Shown: one piece after another, positions 61,301-64,000 of the stretch
Layout: every line of letters begins with the position of its first letter
How positions within the stretch are numbered: the first letter of the stretch is position 1
Assembly: GCF_964355755.1 (NCBI RefSeq)
Contig: NC_092672.1
Coordinates: 20,969,237 to 21,033,236, forward strand
From: Antedon mediterranea
Lineage: Eukaryota > Animalia > Echinodermata
Length of the DNA stretch: 64,000 bases
Direction of reading: 5' to 3'
Position numbers and translations under genes: made by a program
Notes under the pieces: generated by a model
Database searches by the model: none
Told to the model about the DNA's origin: nothing
What the model saw: the letters and a program-made list of their open reading frames with translations, nothing else

Positions 61301-64000
61301 TAATTAAAAGGATTTTTTTGGTTATTACACTGAAAGGGCAGTTTTAATTTTGAATAGGCTACTTTTTTTGGAAAAGTCACAACTGAGAAATACTTTAATA
61401 CGCAAGATACGTTTTGTTGCGGGCGGATAACCAAACTCGTCCTCAAGTGACGAGTTTAAGTTCTAGTTATTCTTCTCTATTTCCGCCGATTTTTGTGTTC
61501 AGCTTTTCTCTGCAACCTGTTAACATAACATGTTGTAACTTGGTAAACATTTAGACATTTAGCTGAAGATGTGCAGCCAAGCTTTTGGACGCTGGCAGAA
61601 CCGCGTAGCGTAAGTCACGCGCGATTTTCAGAAAATCCTAAGTTGATCATAACTTCGAAACAGATGAATATTTTTTAACGTAAATTTCAGCCATGTTTGC
61701 TTCACATCAATTGCTAACTTTTTTATCGCCACCGAAATTTGTAACATTGGAAAGTGGGCGAGTAAACGGCGTTTGAAATTTTAAAATGCTCTAAATCAAT
61801 TTCTGATTAAATTAGAGCACGATTCAGGTCATTTTAAGCGTTTGAAAAATTGCCACCAGGTGCGCACATTTTTACGCGCGCACGGCGCAGGAAACACGTA
61901 TGAGCATTTCTTTTGCACGATTTGTGTTTTTCAATCTTCGGTTAACAATTTTACGTTATTTTATTCACTTTTCAACTTCAAATGGCGTTCTACGAGCACG
62001 TTAAACATGACTGGTTGCGCACGTGAAATGTTAAAAAATTGTGAAAATGTTGCAAAATATGTATACTTTTAAAAACGATACAGGTCATCAGAATGCAAGG
62101 TTACCCCTATTTTTTATTTTATTTTCTTGCAGTGTATGAATCATAGGTCTGACTTATTATAGTGTTGAATGATAAAACGTGTTTGATGGCTACATTATTT
62201 GCATATTAAATATAATTTTTGAAATTTTTATCATTAAACAAACAATAACATTTTCAAAGAGCAAAACAATAAACATAACGTTTATCTTTTTTCTTCACAT
62301 GTTAATATATAAAACTTTCAAGTGTGCACTTTCATAATATGTCACTGTTTAAAATTTGTGAAGATTTCATCATAGTGAAAATTATGATTTAGTTTGGTAA
62401 GTAATAATCTATTTGCATCGAGTGGTTCACGACATACCGAATGAACGAGTAAACTTTCGTCGGATTTTCTTCAGCAGGTGCTCATATGGCTCGATGTGTA
62501 GTGCCATCGACTTTGGTATCAGAGGTATCGGGATCGAATCCCGTCACGGGAAAACAATTAAATAAAAGGATTTATTTGGTTATTACAATGAAAGGGCAGT
62601 TTTAATTTCGAATAGGCTACTTTTTGGAAAAGTCATGATTGAAAGGTACTTGAATGCGCAAGATACGTTTTGTTACGGGCGGATAACCAAACTCGTCCTC
62701 AAGTGACGAGTTACAGATCTAGTTAGGTTATATGCATTATCATGCATATAACCTCTTGATTCTGTCAAAATCTTTATTAGGTTATATGCATGATATGCAT
62801 ATAACCTCTTGATTCTGTCAAAATCTTTATTTATTTATTTATTTATTTATTTATTCTTTCCTTAGCACTATTTGTCCGTGAATTATCTTGGCATCAGTTT
62901 CATCTATCTAAGTCAATTTTTCACAGTATATTCCTTATGGCCAGGAATCGATGTGGTTATGTTTTCACGATGCGCAATCAAAAATTACGCGGTCTACGCG
63001 CGATTTAACGAAATCACGTTTGTAATCATATCTTCACCAACATGAATCACTTTTAAACAAAATTTGGTAATCATAAATTTCAGGTCATATTTCATCATAT
63101 GGCAATACAATTACGTGCGTAGCGCATATAACGCATGCGTACGCGCGCTTAAAATGTTGAAAATTGTCAGAATTTATTTTCGATGAAATTAGAGTACGTT
63201 TCAGGCAATTTTAAGCGTTTAAAAAATTGCCATGAGTGCGCAGATTTTTGCACGCGCACTGCGCGTCAAACGTTAATGCGCACTGTTTGTGTCCGATTAC
63301 TGTTGTATAACCTTTCTTTAATAATATCATCATATTTTATTCACTTTTCAACGCGAAACAGCGTTATACGAGCACGTCAAAAGTGACGGGCTACGCACGT
63401 GTAAGTTAACAAAATGGTGAAAATATGCTAAATTTTAAAATTAATATATATCGTTAGAATGCTCGGGAACACCTATTTTTTATTTAATTTTCTTGAAGTG
63501 TATGTATCATATGTATGATTTATTATGAAATTAGAAGAACAAAAGTTGATTAAGTCATCATTAATGGCATATTAAATTTAACAAAATTAATTTCGACAAT
63601 CAAACAAATTATAACATTTTCTTAGGCCAAAATAACAAACTTAACGTTAACTTTCTTCCTTAAGAAGTTCATATATTAAAGTTAAAAGTATATAGTTTGA
63701 CAGTGCATCATTTTTTTAAATTTTTAAAGATGTCATCATAGTAAAACATTATAATTCATTGCGGTATGTAATAATCTATCTGCACCAAAGTGGTTACTGC
63801 ATAGTAAATACACGGAGGAATTTTTCTCCAACTTTTAGTCAGTTGTGTATGGCTCGATGGTCTGTGCTCGTGTCAATGGCATTCAAGGTACCGAGTTCGA
63901 GTCTCACCTTGTTGGGAAACGAAATAAGATTTTTTTTTTATTATCCGTATTGTTCAAATTTATTTCTTAGTGTATAGATTATACACATGATTTATAATGA
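52349..64000 (+). mobile_element. Nested/tandem array of ~1.4-kb Helentron-like non-autonomous elements (family A; family B embedded)
   Basis: Family A heads (taggttatatgca...tgcatataacct + (TTTA)n) at ~52349, 52421, 52493, 52554, 52619, 52677, 59779, 62724 and 62778. Bodies end in tgcatataaccta + hairpin taattcgtca-tag-tgacgaatta + CTAG at 54157, 55574, 56990, 58360 and 59777. A sixth body runs from ~62853 off the window. Confidence 0.85.
59848..62722 (+). mobile_element. Helentron-like family B, two bodies
   Basis: Head ggttatccgc-ctcaa-gcggataacc. 3' ends are gcggataacc + hairpin aactcgtc-ctcaagt-gacgagtt + CTAG at 61466 and 62722. The body is homologous to family A. Confidence 0.8.

Noticed and set aside
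53655-63977. Recurring 63-97-aa ORFs (MKLEYVSGNF..., ...HQSGYCIVNTRR...)
   Set aside because: They recur only because the element is repeated. Frames are broken by indels in some copies and show no Rep/helicase or other motif.

Overview
AT-rich, intron-rich eukaryotic DNA, most likely from a marine invertebrate (echinoderm-like; this is inference from gene and repeat types). The one host gene is on the + strand and encodes a ROCO-family protein with the domain order ankyrin repeats - death domain - Roc GTPase - COR - linker - tandem DED-like death folds. Eighteen exons from 15227 to 32776 splice in one open frame with canonical GT-AG sites. An isolated 98-nt ankyrin exon at 2819 and a phase mismatch at the 32966 exon are unresolved. 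The introns and the 3' half of the window are full of mobile DNA: Kolobok-, P- and Harbinger-type MITEs, decayed CR1/L2 LINEs, a DIRS/Ngaro gag remnant, tRNA-derived SINEs and two Penelope-type minimal hammerhead ribozymes. A Helitron-like insertion is flanked by a ~315-bp duplication that copies a splice acceptor. The gene's last 15 codons and stop are tandemly amplified (107-bp unit, ~17 copies), and an intact PHD-APE-RT LINE ORF interrupts that array. A 57-bp minisatellite and a patch of decayed intronless ORFs of unknown origin follow. The last 11.6 kb is a nested 'Russian-doll' stack of two related Helentron/HINE-like families, each copy carrying a tRNA-like Pol III cassette. There are no prokaryotic features and no CRISPR arrays.
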